The notes: a model not told the origin generated them from the sequence alone. Positions 1-12,629 are shown, numbered from the stretch's first letter. The stretch: DNA of 64,000 nt from Callorhinchus milii (GCF_018977255.1 NW_024704746.1:4960001-5024000); one strand, 5' to 3'. Translations and numbers: made by a program.

Positions 1-1150
1 TAATCCCAATTTCCTTAGTCATCCAGGGAGTTTGACTGTCCTACCTTTCTCCTTTGTAGGAATGTATTTGCTCTGTCCCCGAACTATCTCCTCCTTGAAG
101 GCTTCCCATTGTTCGTTTGCTCTCTTACTTACCAATCTTTCTTTACAATCTATCTCTGTGGAGTCCTGTAGCTCAGTGGTTAGAGCACTCATTTTGCAAG
201 CGAGAGACCTGAATTCCAGGCAGAGGGCGAAACCTTGGGCAAGTTTCCTTACTCCACACAGAGCCTAATAATAATCCCTCCAAAACCAAAAACAATAATA
301 AATTGGTCATTTTCAATCTACGACTGTTTGTGGGACATTGCTGTGCACAATTGGCTGCCGCGTTCGCCCACAAAAATTATATACAGTCAATTCACTTTAC
401 AGTGTGTTCTGTGAAGCGCTTTGGGACATCCTCCCGACGTGAAAAGTGCTATATCAAATGCAAGGATTATTATTATTATTATTATCTTGGCCAGGTCCCT
501 TTTTAGCTCACTGAAATTATCCCGCTTCCAGTTGAGAGTCTTTACCTTCGATTGATTGTTGTCCTTTTCCATAATTATTCTGAACCTAATGATATTGTGA
601 TCACAGTTATCCAGATGCTCTCCTACTGAAACCTGCTCCACTTGTCCCACTTCCTTTTCCAGAACAAAATCCAGCACTGCTTCCTTCCTCATTGGGCTGG
701 AAACATGCTGATCCAGAAAGTTCTCCTGCACACATTTCAGGAATTCCTCCCCTTTCTTGCCCTTTACACTGTGTGTTTCCCAGTCAATGTTAGGATAATT
801 GAAATCCCCCATTATCACTATATTGGTTTTGGATCTCTCCAAAACCTACTTGCAGATTTGCTCACCTATCTCCTTCCCGCTATTTGGAGGTCTATAGTAA
901 ATACCTAATAGAGTAACAGCTCCTTTTCTGCTCCGTAACTCTAACCAAATAGATTCAGTTTTTGGACCCTCCAACACATTGTCCTTTTCCAGGACCATGA
1001 CCGTGTCCCTAAGGAGTATTGCCACCTCTCCTCCTTTTTTCCCCTCCCTATCCCTCCTGAATAGGTTGTAGCCAGGAATGTTCAGCTCCCATTCCTGTCC
1101 TTGCTTGAACCAAGTCTCCGTAATTGCCACTACATCGTAGCCCCATGTGG
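1..1150 (-). mobile_element. CR1-clade LINE fragment (ORF2 apurinic endonuclease region), interrupted by a SINE
   Basis: ORFs 846..1130 (AITETW...GIYYRPPN) and 387..842 (IMGDFNYPNIDW...DHNII) are typical CR1 APE motifs; a stop separates them; a SINE is inserted at ~160-487. Confidence 0.9.
160..487 (+). mobile_element. tRNA-derived DeuSINE-like SINE, young full-length copy
   Basis: tRNA-like head (GTAGCTCAGTGGTTAGAGC A box, B-box-like segment), central TGTGGGACATTGCTGTGCACAATTGGCTGCCGCGTT Deu-like domain, L2-type tail ending in (TAT)n. Confidence 0.85.
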
Positions 1151-1929
1151 CAACTTGAGCCGCAGCTCACCACGTTTATTGGTGCTTTTACACACATGCA
1201 CTCCAAGACGGGCTTAATCCGCTCCACATTTCTCCCCCGTCTCTTTCCACGTTTTGCTGGTCTATTCCTTGTTTGATAAGTATCAAAAACGTTAAACACA
1301 TTAAAAAAAAATGTATTTAAAGGGCGACTCAATATATTTACAATGCACACGCACCGGGTCCTACCGAACTTCGTCACTTTCCGACCGCAATCGGCAATTA
1401 CTAACCGCACCTACACTGGCCAACGCTTTCCGTGAACACATAAGCTTTACAGAACATATCTTAACCAACAGACAGGAGTACAAAACAAATGGGTGACCGT
1501 GACAAAAGCAAAGTGACTGTGTGCTTTGCGGTGGGTGAACGCTGCAGCCGATTTTGCTCAAAGCAACGCCCCGCAATCCGGCAAGAACCCCCCCCCCCCA
1601 CCCCCCCGGGCGGGAAAGGCGCTTCGGTAAACACAATCTGTCGTTGTTGTGAAACGATAAAGCAATCGTGTGTTCACCCATCACCTGAACTGAGGAAAGC
1701 AATGAAGGACAAAGAACGTTTCGCCCACAAAATCCACAGTCACTGCACTTTACAGTGTATCCTGTGAAGCGCTTCGAGACATTCTCAACCACGTGATAAC
1801 GACATTGCATCAAATGCAAAGATGAGATGATGATGATGATGGTGATGATGATTATTATTGCACACCCGCCCCCCAACAACATTCGGTAACTTTTCTTCAT
1901 TAACCAAATTAACTTGAGAAGCTGGAAAA

Positions 1930-2446
1930 TCCAGCAGAGCACGTGACCCGCTGAGGTCACTGCAGGTCAGGCGGCGATCGGCACGTGACGCACACTCACG
2001 GCACGTGACGCTGACGTCACTATCGCGCTCTCTTCTCCCCCACACACACACACACACACACCGGCTCCACCGCCACGTCAGCGCACCCGGAACCAGAGTC
2101 CGGCGCCCGCGTCCGCCCATCGGATGACTTAGCGCGCGTGCAGCCTGGCGGCCCGGTCCGGCTCGGCTCGGCTGCGCAGTGGCTGCCATATTTGTGGGGC
2201 GGGGGAACGCAAAGCCGTACAAGGAGGCCGCCATGTTGGTGCGGGGCGATGGGGGGGGGGGACACGGTGCCGTACAGAGGCCGCCATGTTGGTGCGGGGC
2301 GAGGGCGATGCGGTGCCGTACAGAGGCCGCCATGTTGGTGCGGGGCGGTGGGGACGCCATAGCCGCCGGCAGCTTCCGGCCAGCTCATCCCAGCCCGCGA
2401 GAGGCCACAGCGGAGACCGGCCCCGGACTGACAGCCGCCCGGCGCC
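1930..2446 (+). promoter_or_regulatory. SEC22B CpG-island promoter/5' UTR
   Basis: CpG-rich; GCACGTGAC at 1939, 1981 and 2001; CRE TGACGTCA 2012-2019; CCACGTCA 2073-2080; three GCCGCCATGTT YY1-like motifs; directly upstream of the SEC22B ATG. Confidence 0.7.
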
Positions 2447-3280
2447 ATGGTTCTCCTGACGATGATCGCGCGGGTGGCAGACGGGCTGCCACTCGCGGCC
2501 TCCATGCAGGAAGATGAGCAGGTGACACCCGGTAACCGCCCCCGGTAACACCTCCTGGTAACCGATAACCCCCCGATAACCCCCTCCCCCCTACACTGCC
2601 CCCCTCCCCCCGATACCCCCTCCCCACACTGCCCCCCTCCCCCCCGATAACCCCCCTCCCCCTACACTGCCCCCTCCCCCGATACCCCCTCCCCCTACAC
2701 TGCCCCCCTTCCCCCCGATACCCCCTCCCCCCTACACTGCCCCCTCCCCCGATAACCCCCTCCCCCTACACCGATAACCCCCTCCCCACTGCCCCCCCTC
2801 CCCCGATACCCCTCCCCCTACACTGCCCCCCTCCCCCCGATACCCCCTCCCCTACACTGCCCCCTCCCCCGATACCCCCTCCCCCTACACTGCCCCCCCC
2901 CCCCCTCCCCCCCGATACCCCCTCCCCTACACTGCCCCCTCCCCCCGATACCCTCCCCTACACTGCCCCCCCTCCCCCCCGATAACCCCCTCCCCCTACA
3001 CTGCCCCCCCCCCCCCTACCCCCCCCCTACCTGCCCCCCCCGATACCCCCTCCCCCCTACACTGCCCCCCCCCCCCGATACCCCCCCCCCTCCCCCGAAC
3101 CCCCTCCCCTACACTGCCCCCTTCCCCCGATAACCCCCCTCCCCCACACTGCCCCCCTCCCCCCGATAACCCCCCTCCCCCCTACACTGCCCCCCTTCCC
3201 CCGATAACCCCCCCCCACACTGCCCCCCTCCCCCCACCCCCCCCCCCCCTACACTGCCCCCCCGATAACCCCCCCCCCTA

Positions 3281-3314
<34 letters not shown>

Positions 3315-6300
3315 GATAACCCCCTCCCCCTACACTGCCCCCCCCCCCCCCCCCCGATAACCCCCTCCCCTACACTGCCCCCCCCCCCGATAACCCCCTC
3401 CCCTACACTGCCCCCCCCCCCCCGATAACCCCCTCCCCCTACACTGCCCCCCCCCCGATAACCCCCTCCCCTACACTGCCCCCCCCCCGATAACAGCCCC
3501 TTCAACCCTACACTGCCCTCCCAGTACACTGCCCCCCATAACAACACCCCCAGTACACTGCCCCCATAACATCCCCCTCCCCCCTACACTGCCCCAACCC
3601 CCATAACAGCCCCCCAGTACACTGCCCCCCCCATACACTGCCCCCCCAGTACACTGCCCCCCCAGTACACTGCCCCCCCCCCGTACACTGCCCCCCCCGT
3701 ACACTGCCCCCCCCCCCAGTACACTGCCCCCCCTCCCCCCAGTACACTGTTCCCCCCCCCCATCTATCGCACACACTGCGAGTAGTACAATACATACAGA
3801 TTATGTGTTATGTTCTTATATAGTCTGGGACACAACTTGTCAAGCGATTGCCATGGAAATGCCAGTTGGAGGAAGGGAGTTGGGTGGACCTCGATCTTCT
3901 TTCCTGAGCAAATTCCTATGTTCTTATCAGTATGGTTCGCTCGCCTCTAAGGTTGTGAGGTCCTACCTCCGGAGTTGGAATCACATAGTCTAAGCTCCAA
4001 TGCAGCGCTGGGGGTGTTACATTGTGAGAGATGTGCTTCGGATGAGACTTTAAAACGAGATCCCATCTGCCTGTTCAGGTGGGTGTTAAAGATCCCACGG
4101 CACTATTTGAAAAGAGAAGGCAGTTTTCTCTCTCCTGATGTCCTGACCGACAATTCCCCTGATAAAATTACTCACTCGCTCCGTGGCTGTTTGTGGGACA
4201 CTACTATGTGCAAATTTCCTGCTGCGTTTGCCTACAAAATACAAGTCACTACGCTTTACAATAAATCCTGTGAAGCACAGTGAGACGTCTTGATGATGTG
4301 ATAAGGCGCTATGTGAAATGAAAGGATTATCATTATTAATACACTAATAATCCTATCATCTGATGCAGCGCCTTTCACATTGGGAGGCTCCGCTCATTGC
4401 ACTTCACAGATAGACTGTAAAGTGTAGTGACTGTGTATTTTCTAGGTGAATGATGCTGCCAGTATTCACAGCAATATCCCACAAACAGCCATGGAGAGAG
4501 TGAGTGATTTTCTGGGGTAGATCAGCGGAGAGGAATTGCCTGTGATGATCTACTCTCCCGGTTTGACTATGCCAACTGCCTGCTCGCAGAACTTCCCAAC
4601 TCTTCCCTCCACAAGCAGCAGATTATTCAAAACTCTGCAGCTCGTGTCCTCTCTCGCACGAGGCTCCGCGAACCAATCACTCCAGTTCTTGCACTAGTTC
4701 CCCATTCCTCAGAGAATCAAGCACAAAACCTTCGTTCTCACCTTCAAAGTCCACCATGGTTTTGCTCTCCCCTACCTCTCCTACCTCCTAACCCCATATC
4801 AGCCTGTCCGTTCCCTCTGCTTGGCGAACACCGGCTGCTTCAGGTCCCCCGCACTTCCCGCCGCGGAGAGATGTGGGATAGTTCCAGAGTGTAGGGTCAG
4901 AGATGGTGGTCAGGCACTCACCATCTCTGCCCCCACACTCTGGAACTCTCCCGCATCTCTCCGCCTCACCCCCTTTCTTGCCTCCTTCAAGTCCCGTCTT
5001 AAAGACCTTCCTCTTCGACTGAACCTTTAGCCACCGCAACTCCCCTCCGCCCCTCCTGACCTCAACTCCCATCTCGGGTTCAAAAACCCGAGTCCAACGC
5101 CCTGGGATGTTTTCCGACATGAAGGGTGCTTTACAAGTGTAATTTGTTGTTGTTGTATTGGGATGTTGCTCACTCAGGGGCCCCTAGTGACTGACTTTCT
5201 CTCTGTGTTTCAGTCGGGCCGGGACCTGCAGCACTATCAGAGCCAGGCCAAGCAGCTGTTCCGCAAACTGAACGAGCAGTCGCCCACCCGCTGCACTCTG
5301 GAGGCCGGAGCTGCCTCCTTCCAGTAAGTCTCTGTGTCCGTGTGTCCAAACTCTAATCTCCTTCCTCCACTGTGTCTGTGTCTGTGTCTGCGTCTGTGTC
5401 CGTCTATCTGCATCTGTCTGTGTCTCCCGTCTGTCTGTGTGAAAATTCATCTAACCTCTCTCTACCTGTGCCTCCAGTTACGGAACAGCAACAATCGTTC
5501 CTCCACGTTCACATTATTCAAAACTCTTGTTGTTTAAAAACCTCCAGCAGGTTTGCCAACCTCCGGTGTAGGTGTGGAGAGAGCCCCAGTTCCCCCAGTC
5601 TCTGCTCACAGTGTAAACCCTCTGATGGCTTGTGACGTTGTAGCTTGACTCTCACTCACCTCGTTGCTCAGCGGGAGCTGCCAGTATTGGCTCTCAACCC
5701 CCGCAGGATCCAGTTTAAAATCCTCGTCCTCACTTTTAAAGCCCTCTACGTTTTGCTTCATCCTACCTCCGTGGTCTCTTAAAACCTTCACAACCTGTCT
5801 GCTCCCTCCGTTCAGAAGGCAATGGCCTGCTCCATTTCTCCGGCCTGCCCTACCATCAGTGGTCGGTCAGGCCGTCAGACTCTCTGCCCACGCCCTTTGG
5901 AACTCTATCCCACAGTCCCTTTGCCTAGCTCCCATTTCAAGACCTTCCTCTTCAACCATGGCTTTGGTTACCCTCGAACCCCACCATCCCTGCCGTCCAC
6001 CCCTCCTGATCCCACTTCCACCTCGGATCCAAATCTCTGACCATCCAGCACCTTGGGACATCCTCCCGATGCAAAAGGCGCTATGTAAATGTAACGTGTC
6101 GTTATTTTAGCGCTGTGTTGCTGTTTTGCAGCTACATCATAGAGAAAGGCGTGTGTTACCTGGTGCTGTGTGAGGCAACCTACTCCAAGAAGCTGGCCTT
6201 TGCCTACCTGGAGGACCTACAGGCTGAGTTTGACGAGCAGCACGGCAAGCGGGTGCCCACTGTGTCCCGGCCGTACTCTTTCATCGAGTTCGGTCAGTGT

Positions 6301-7978
6301 GTGTGTTTGTGAGCTTCCATTACTGAGGCCCCACCACAATAGAGCATTCCTCACATCAGGGCTTTCTGAGCTCACAGTCCAAGCTGACACTCCAGTGCCA
6401 CTTTAGAGGTGTGAGACGTTAAACTGAGGCCCCGTCTGACTGTTCAGGTGGACGTTAAAGATCCCATGGCCCTATTAGAAAAGAGAAGGGAGTTTCTCTC
6501 TCTGTCCTGGCCAACATTCCCCCAAATAAAATTGGTTGCTCACTCCATGGCTGTTTGTGGGATGTTGCTATGTGCAAATTGGTTGCCGCGTTTCGTCCAC
6601 AAAATACACAGTCACTTTACAATATAGGCTGTGAAGATATTTGAGATGTCTCGACGACGTGATATTATTTATTATTATAATCCTTGCATTTTTATATGGT
6701 GCTTTTCACCGGTTAATATGCGAGTTAATATTATTATTAACTCTGGGTGGCTTAGTGGTGTAGGGTTAACACTCTCTCGCTCTCTCTCTCGCCTCAGACA
6801 CTTACATTCAGAAAACAAAGAAATCCTACATTGACAGCAGAGCTCGGCGAAACCTGGGCTCCATCAATACCGAGCTGCAGGATGTACAGAGAATTATGGT
6901 GGCCAACATTGAGGAAGTGCTGCAGAGAGGGGAAGCTCTGTCAGGTAACACCATTAGCTGGGCCTCGGGGTGAGAGTCCAGCCTCCCCACAGCCCTGCCA
7001 GCCATCCCAGCTTCACCCCAGTCTGGACTGGTACAAAGCAGCAAAAACTACATAGCTTGCCACTGATATCGCTCTCTGGCAAGTTTTCCTGCTGCTTGTC
7101 CAGCTAGGATCATCCTACCCTAGGGCTTTGGCTTGCAGGGTTAACAGGAGCTGAGTGAGAGGATTCCATTGCCCCAGTGACTGGTTTGCTCTTCCAAGTG
7201 CTTCCCAGTCCAGCCGATGAAGCCAGGCTGGGCTGTGTTGTCATCAGCAGTGCTTGGAATACTGTGGAATCGTCTGGTTCAGGGACCAGACGAGAGGCCG
7301 TCACTGAGGGCTGACTCGATTTTGACATTCTGTTGTTGACAAACGTGTCACCTTGGAGCCAGATCAGCTGGGGCGACACTGGGTTGGGGAGAGCAATTGG
7401 GGGGGAAATCCTCATCCTCCTTGCGCCTTCCTACCCCTGTGGTCTGCTAACTCCATACAGAGCTGACCACTCTCCCCGCCTTCTTCCCCCACCATCTGCG
7501 GTCAGGCCTCCAGCCTCTCTGCCGCTATCCTTTGGAAATTCATCCAACAGTCCCGTCGCCTCGCCCCCTCCTTCAAGGCACGTCTCAAGACCCTCCTCTT
7601 CAACCGCGCCTTCAGTCAACCCTCCCACTCCCCACCCTCCCTGCCCTCCATCCCTCCTGATCCCAAACCCCATCGCAGGTGTAAATCTCCGACTATCCAG
7701 CGCATTGGAACGTCCTCCTGACCTGAAAGGCGCTACGTAAATGTTATTTGTTGCTGTTGTTTTGGTCACTAAGCTGCAGTGGAGGCAGTAACAGTGTGTA
7801 CCTTCTCTCCCTCTGGGCTGCAGCACTGGACAGCAAGGCCAGTAACCTCTCCAGCCTGTCGAAGAAGTACCGACAAGACGCCAAGTACCTGAACATGCGC
7901 TCGACCTACGCCAAGCTGGCCGCCGTGGCCGTCTTCTTCGTTATGCTGATCGTCTACGTCAGGTTCTGGTGGCTGTGA
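2447..7978 (+). CDS. SEC22B: Vesicle-trafficking protein SEC22b (longin R-SNARE), 215 aa
   Basis: join(2447..2521,5214..5323,6132..6292,6798..6944,7824..7978); all introns GT-AG and in phase; translation [31 protein letters not shown]...[21 protein letters not shown] is near-identical to vertebrate SEC22B. Confidence 0.98.
2530..3765. repeat. C-rich minisatellite in SEC22B intron 1 (~30-35 bp unit CCCCGATAACCCCCTCCCCCTACACTGCCC, decaying into a ~18 bp CCCCAGTACACTGCCC unit)
   Basis: Directly visible tandem array of dozens of imperfect copies. Confidence 0.95.
4550..5160 (+). mobile_element. L2-clade LINE 3' fragment
   Basis: Degenerate coding for ...[10 protein letters not shown]...PIT... 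followed by the same 3' tail as the SINEs; similar pieces at 5490-6110 and 7420-7760. Confidence 0.7.
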
Positions 7979-10204
7979 GCGGACAACGTCACCCTCACTG
8001 CATGGCCTGCCCTGCCTGCAACGTCCCCTGCTGTCCGCAGCCTGTAAATACCACTGCTCCCCACAGCTAGACTGGCTTTTCTTGTAGTATATGTGTGAGA
8101 GAGACAGAGACAGCTGTCTGTCTCAGCTGTAACAGTCCATATGTGCGACTGTCTCTCTGGGTAGAAAGGTCCCTCTGTCCTGCTGCGCTGCGATGTGCAG
8201 TGTTGGCTTATAGCCAGGAATAGGACATTTAACCCTTTTCTTTCACCATCATTTCAAGAAGCTTAAAAGATTAAATTTGGACAAATTGTAACCATAAACA
8301 AACGGCTGACATCTTTTTGTGGGAACCATTGTGCTCTCTCTCTCCATCCTGTTAGCCGCTGAACAAGGCCCCTCGTGGTGAGGTGTCTGGCTGGTGCCTG
8401 ACACACAGTCACACACAGGCCAGCGAGGCTGTCCCAGCTCTCATTACCACTGCCCTCTCCCCATCCCCCTTATCAAAAGTCTATCCTCATCCACCCGTCC
8501 ACGTCCCTCATGACATCCACAATGGACTCTGCCTCCACCCCTGACCCGACTTTACTGTCCACATCCGAACAGCTGTGCAGTGACTGTGTGTATGTTCTCA
8601 AAGTAAAACACTGTGACTCCCATCACGATCTTGTGTTCCTCAGTCCATGTGCATCCCGTATTTGCTCAACCTCTTAATAGGTTCCCAGGGCAGGAGGGTG
8701 GTGTTAGAGAACAGATATCTCAAAGCGTTTCCCAGGATTCAAGCTCCACATCAGGATTTGAAATCATATAGGCTAAGCTGACGCTCCAATGCAGTGCTGG
8801 GGGTGTGTTTTATTGTCGGAGATGCCGTCCTTTGGATGAGACTTTAACTGAGGACCTGCTTGCCTGTTCAGGTGGATGTTAAAGATCCCATGGCAATATT
8901 CACAACTGGCTGCCATGTTTTGCACACAAATACACAATCACTCCACTTTACAGTAAATCCTGTGAAGCACTTTGAGATGTCTCAACGCTGTGATAAAGCG
9001 CAATATCAAATGCAAGGATTTATTATTATTTTCTGTAACGTGGACCAACTGTATTTTGTGGGCAAACACCTGTCAATACGAGTGGTTGGGAAAGAGCGAG
9101 ATTGGGGGTAGAGTGAAGGGGGAGTTAGGGAGAGCAAGGGTGGGGGGTGGAGAGAGTGATGGGGGATTGGGGGGAGAGCAAGGGTGGTGGGAGAGAGAGC
9201 AAGGGTGGGGGTGAGTGACGGTGGAGTGGGAGAGGGGGAGGGTGGGTTAGGGAAGAGTGATGGTGGGGGAGAAAGAGTGAGGGGGAATGAAGGGAAAGTG
9301 AGGGGGGTAGGGGAGACAGTAAGGGTGAGGAGATAGTGAGGGTGGGTGCATGAAGAGAGAAGGGGGGAGAGAGCGGTGAGGATGGGGCTGGGAGTACAGT
9401 TACCAGCACTACCTGGAGGCTTTTAGCCGGGCGGGGGTATAATTGTCTGGATAGCACAAACCTGACATCCCAAAGCCTCAGTCCTGCCTGTGGCGTGGTC
9501 GGGGCGGGAGCTAAACTGAGCCGCACTGGGTACAGTTGCCTCTGATGTTGGTTCTTGTTGGAAATTGTTGTAAAATGGGCGAAAGTGGAATTAATAAAAA
9601 TCTGACGTCCAAGGCTTTGTGTGTTTGGGCTGAAATTGCTGCAGTTTCCCTCAGGGAAGCCAGAGACGGGTAGAGATATCACCTGTGCCTCACAGTTTAT
9701 TCTCACCTCTTCTCTCCCCCATAATTTACAATAATCCTTACATTTGATAGAGAGCATTATATCGTCAAGAAGTCTCAAAGCGCTTCACAAGATATACTGT
9801 GAAGTGCAATAACTGTGTTTGTGAACAAATGCAGCAGCCAATTTGCACCCAACAACGTCCACAAATATCCGTGAGGTGAGTGACCAATTATAGCGTCTTA
9901 TCATTCGGAATGTGGTCTCAAAGCGCTTAACAAGATATACTGTAAAGTGGAGTCACTGTGTATTTTGTCGGTGAAACGTGACAGCCATATTTACACATAG
10001 CAGCGTCCCACAAACAGCCGTAAGGTGAGTGATCAATTGTATCTGGGGGATTGTCAGCCAAGCCCCGGGGAGAGAGAAATTCCCTTCTCTTTTCCAATAG
10101 CACTGTTTAAAAATGAAGATGTCAGACTCCGCTGTGACCCCCCCAACCCTGACCGAGCCTCAAACATGAATGAACAGCAGCCACTGCCGACGATTGAAAG
10201 TTTT

Positions 10205-10215
10205 TTTATTTTATT
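10205..10215 (-). terminator. Tandem AATAAA polyadenylation signal of Ig kappa cluster 1
   Basis: TTTATTTTATT on the plus strand, ~350 nt downstream of the C stop; conserved in cluster 2 at 43280-43290. Confidence 0.65.
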
Positions 10216-10567
10216 TTCTCAACGCGACCGGGTGTTTACAGAGAGGGAAAGGCATACAATGAGCAACTGAGAGTCTGAGCCGAGCTGCCTGCGAGAGAGG
10301 CCTGAAGCCAGCACAGGGGGAGTGTGAGCGGGGCAGCAGTAGGGCTGATGTGCTCGCTCTGGGCTTCAGTTACTCAACAATAACAACTTGCATTTACATA
10401 GCGCCCTCATGCAGGGTAGCATCTAAGAGCGCTTACAGACTATATGTGTGTGGGTGCGTGGGGTGGGGGGGGGGATTTGAACACGTCAGAGAGACGGGGA
10501 TGACTGTAGCCACCCCCGCCTCATTCTCCCTGTATCTTCCGGCTGGTGTCTGTGACATTGACAGTCA

Positions 10568-10893
10568 CTACACGCACTCGGTTGCCCTGATGGTCTGTGT
10601 GAGGGGGCCCGTGAGGCTTTCGTGTGTGACGACACAGGAGAAGCGGGCGTCCGAGGCCCAGACCTGTGCGGGCAGGGTTAAGGTGCTGCTCACACTGTAA
10701 CTGTGGTCCGAGCCCGTCACTGAGCCGCTGGTCTTGACTCCGTCGGTCACCGTCACCATGTCCTTCTGCCAAACCAACTGCAGAGTGTTGGGGAAGAAGT
10801 GGTTGGCCAGGCAGAGCAGCGTGGCCGTGCCCTTAGATATCTCCTCAGTCGAGGGCGGCAGTAAAGTCAACACCGGCTTAGCCACGTCTCTGT
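10568..10893 (-). CDS. IGKC: Ig light chain (kappa-type) constant exon, cluster 1
   Basis: Phase-1 acceptor CCCACAG; RDVAKPVLTLLPPS...TATLLCLANHFFP...W...YSVSSTL...FSCVVTHESL...ECV* is a C1-set Ig domain with the terminal Cys for the heavy-chain bond. Confidence 0.93.
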
Positions 10894-10944
10894 CTGTGGG
10901 ACACAGCAACACGTTCGATTCACATCAGACACCGATAGGTCAAT

Positions 10945-11320
10945 AGTCACACACACACACAGCAGTGACACTAACACACTGACGAACACAGCCATGTGCG
11001 CTCACACAATTACTCACATACATGTTCCCACAGATCTTGACGGACACACATACACAGCAGTGACGCACAGCGACACACACACAGCAGTGACACACACACA
11101 CAGCAGTGACACACACACACAGCAGTGACGCACAGCACAGTGACACACACAGCACAGTGACAGACACACAGCAGTGACACACACACACACACACACAGCA
11201 CAGTGACAGCAGTGACAGACACACACAGCAGTGAAACACACACAGCAGTGACTGACACACACAGCAGTGACTGACACACACCGCAGTGACACACACACAC
11301 AGCAGTGACTGACAGATTAG
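10945..11320. repeat. (CACACACAGCAGTGA)-type microsatellite in the J-C intron
   Basis: Visible tandem array; a shorter homologue lies at 42355-42450. Confidence 0.9.
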
Positions 11321-12629
11321 TATCCGCTTAAACACAGAAACAACCAATCACAACACAGGACGTCAATTGCTGTCACATTGTGAATAGTCAGAGAGTGACT
11401 GTGTGTGTGAGTGACAGCCACAGCCACTCACTGACTGACATCTTCACCTGTTGGGCAGCTGCTGCACCGAGTCTGTGTCCACGTGTGGTTGTGCATGATT
11501 GTGTGCGTGTGTTTGTGCTGTGACTGTTTGTGTGTGACTGTGTCAGTGTGAGTTGGAGTGTATCAGTGAGATGATGGTGTGTGACTCTCCGTGTGACGGG
11601 AGGTTGAGAAATTGCCACGAACTCTACATGTATGTGAGGGCAGCCCAGGCTGGGACCAGCTCGTGATCGCAGTCAGTACTCGTTCCTGAGGGATTTGGGC
11701 CATTTAAAGGTGAGCGCCTCTACCGTATAATGTGTCTTTCCCCCCTCTGTAAATAACTTTCCCGCCCGGGCTCTCGGGATAGTGACTGACGCTATTGCTT
11801 AACATTTAAAAACCTTGTCGACGCTCCGCAGAAAGTCTCCATTTAGTTTGTGTCACAGACTGTTAAACCATTGGGGCAGAGGCGACCCTTTAACACTGTG
11901 AGGCTGAAGTGACTGTGAAGACTGGGAGCCCAGGCGAGGTTTAACCACTCAAATGCCCCCACACAGCACAGCCCATTCCACCCACATTGTACAGTGAGCC
12001 TCTGGGATCCCTATCGCCTGCTCTTCCCCTCTGATCCCCTTCCTCCCCATGTGCCCACAATTCCCATGTTGCCACCCCCACAATCAGCTCTGGTCCCCCG
12101 GCACCTCATCCCGCTCTGACAGACCCCCACGGCAAGTATTCTGCCCAACATTTAAATATAAATTATTGTTAAAATATAAATAAATAATTATATAATCTAC
12201 TAATTAAATATATATTATTCCCTTGGTTATAAATTAAACCTTAAATCCATGGACCGCAAACACCTGATTAACAAACAGCCGGAGACACGGTAACAACGAG
12301 CCTTACAATTGATTCACGTCGGGACATCGTCTCAACGCGCTTCATGGATTGACTGTAAAGTGCTGACATTGTGCGTGATCACCGCAACCAATTTGTGCAT
12401 AGCGGTGTCCCACCAAACAGCCATGATTTCATGTGGGGGATTGTTGGCCAGGACATTGGGAGAGAGAAACTCCCTTGTGCCTTGAGTTCTTTAACCTCCA
12501 CCTGAACAGGAGCTCAGTTTAATGTCCCATTTGAAGGACCGCAACTCTGACAATGCAGCTAATCCCCAGATTTACTTGCAATCATCTGGAGATCTCCACT
12601 CTTTAACCCCATTTCCCTGCACTCTCCCC

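Noticed and set aside
160-235. tRNA gene (tRNA-Ala-like cloverleaf), also at about ten other sites
   Set aside because: The acceptor stem is only partly paired and each copy continues into a Deu-like core and LINE tail; these are SINE heads.
1785-3795. Long Gly/Pro/Arg-rich ORFs around the SEC22B promoter and intron 1
   Set aside because: By-products of GC-rich sequence and the minisatellite; no domain motifs or splice support.
10940-11347. Cys/Val-rich ORFs (also 42321-42557, 49793-50144)
   Set aside because: Translations of CA/TG microsatellites.
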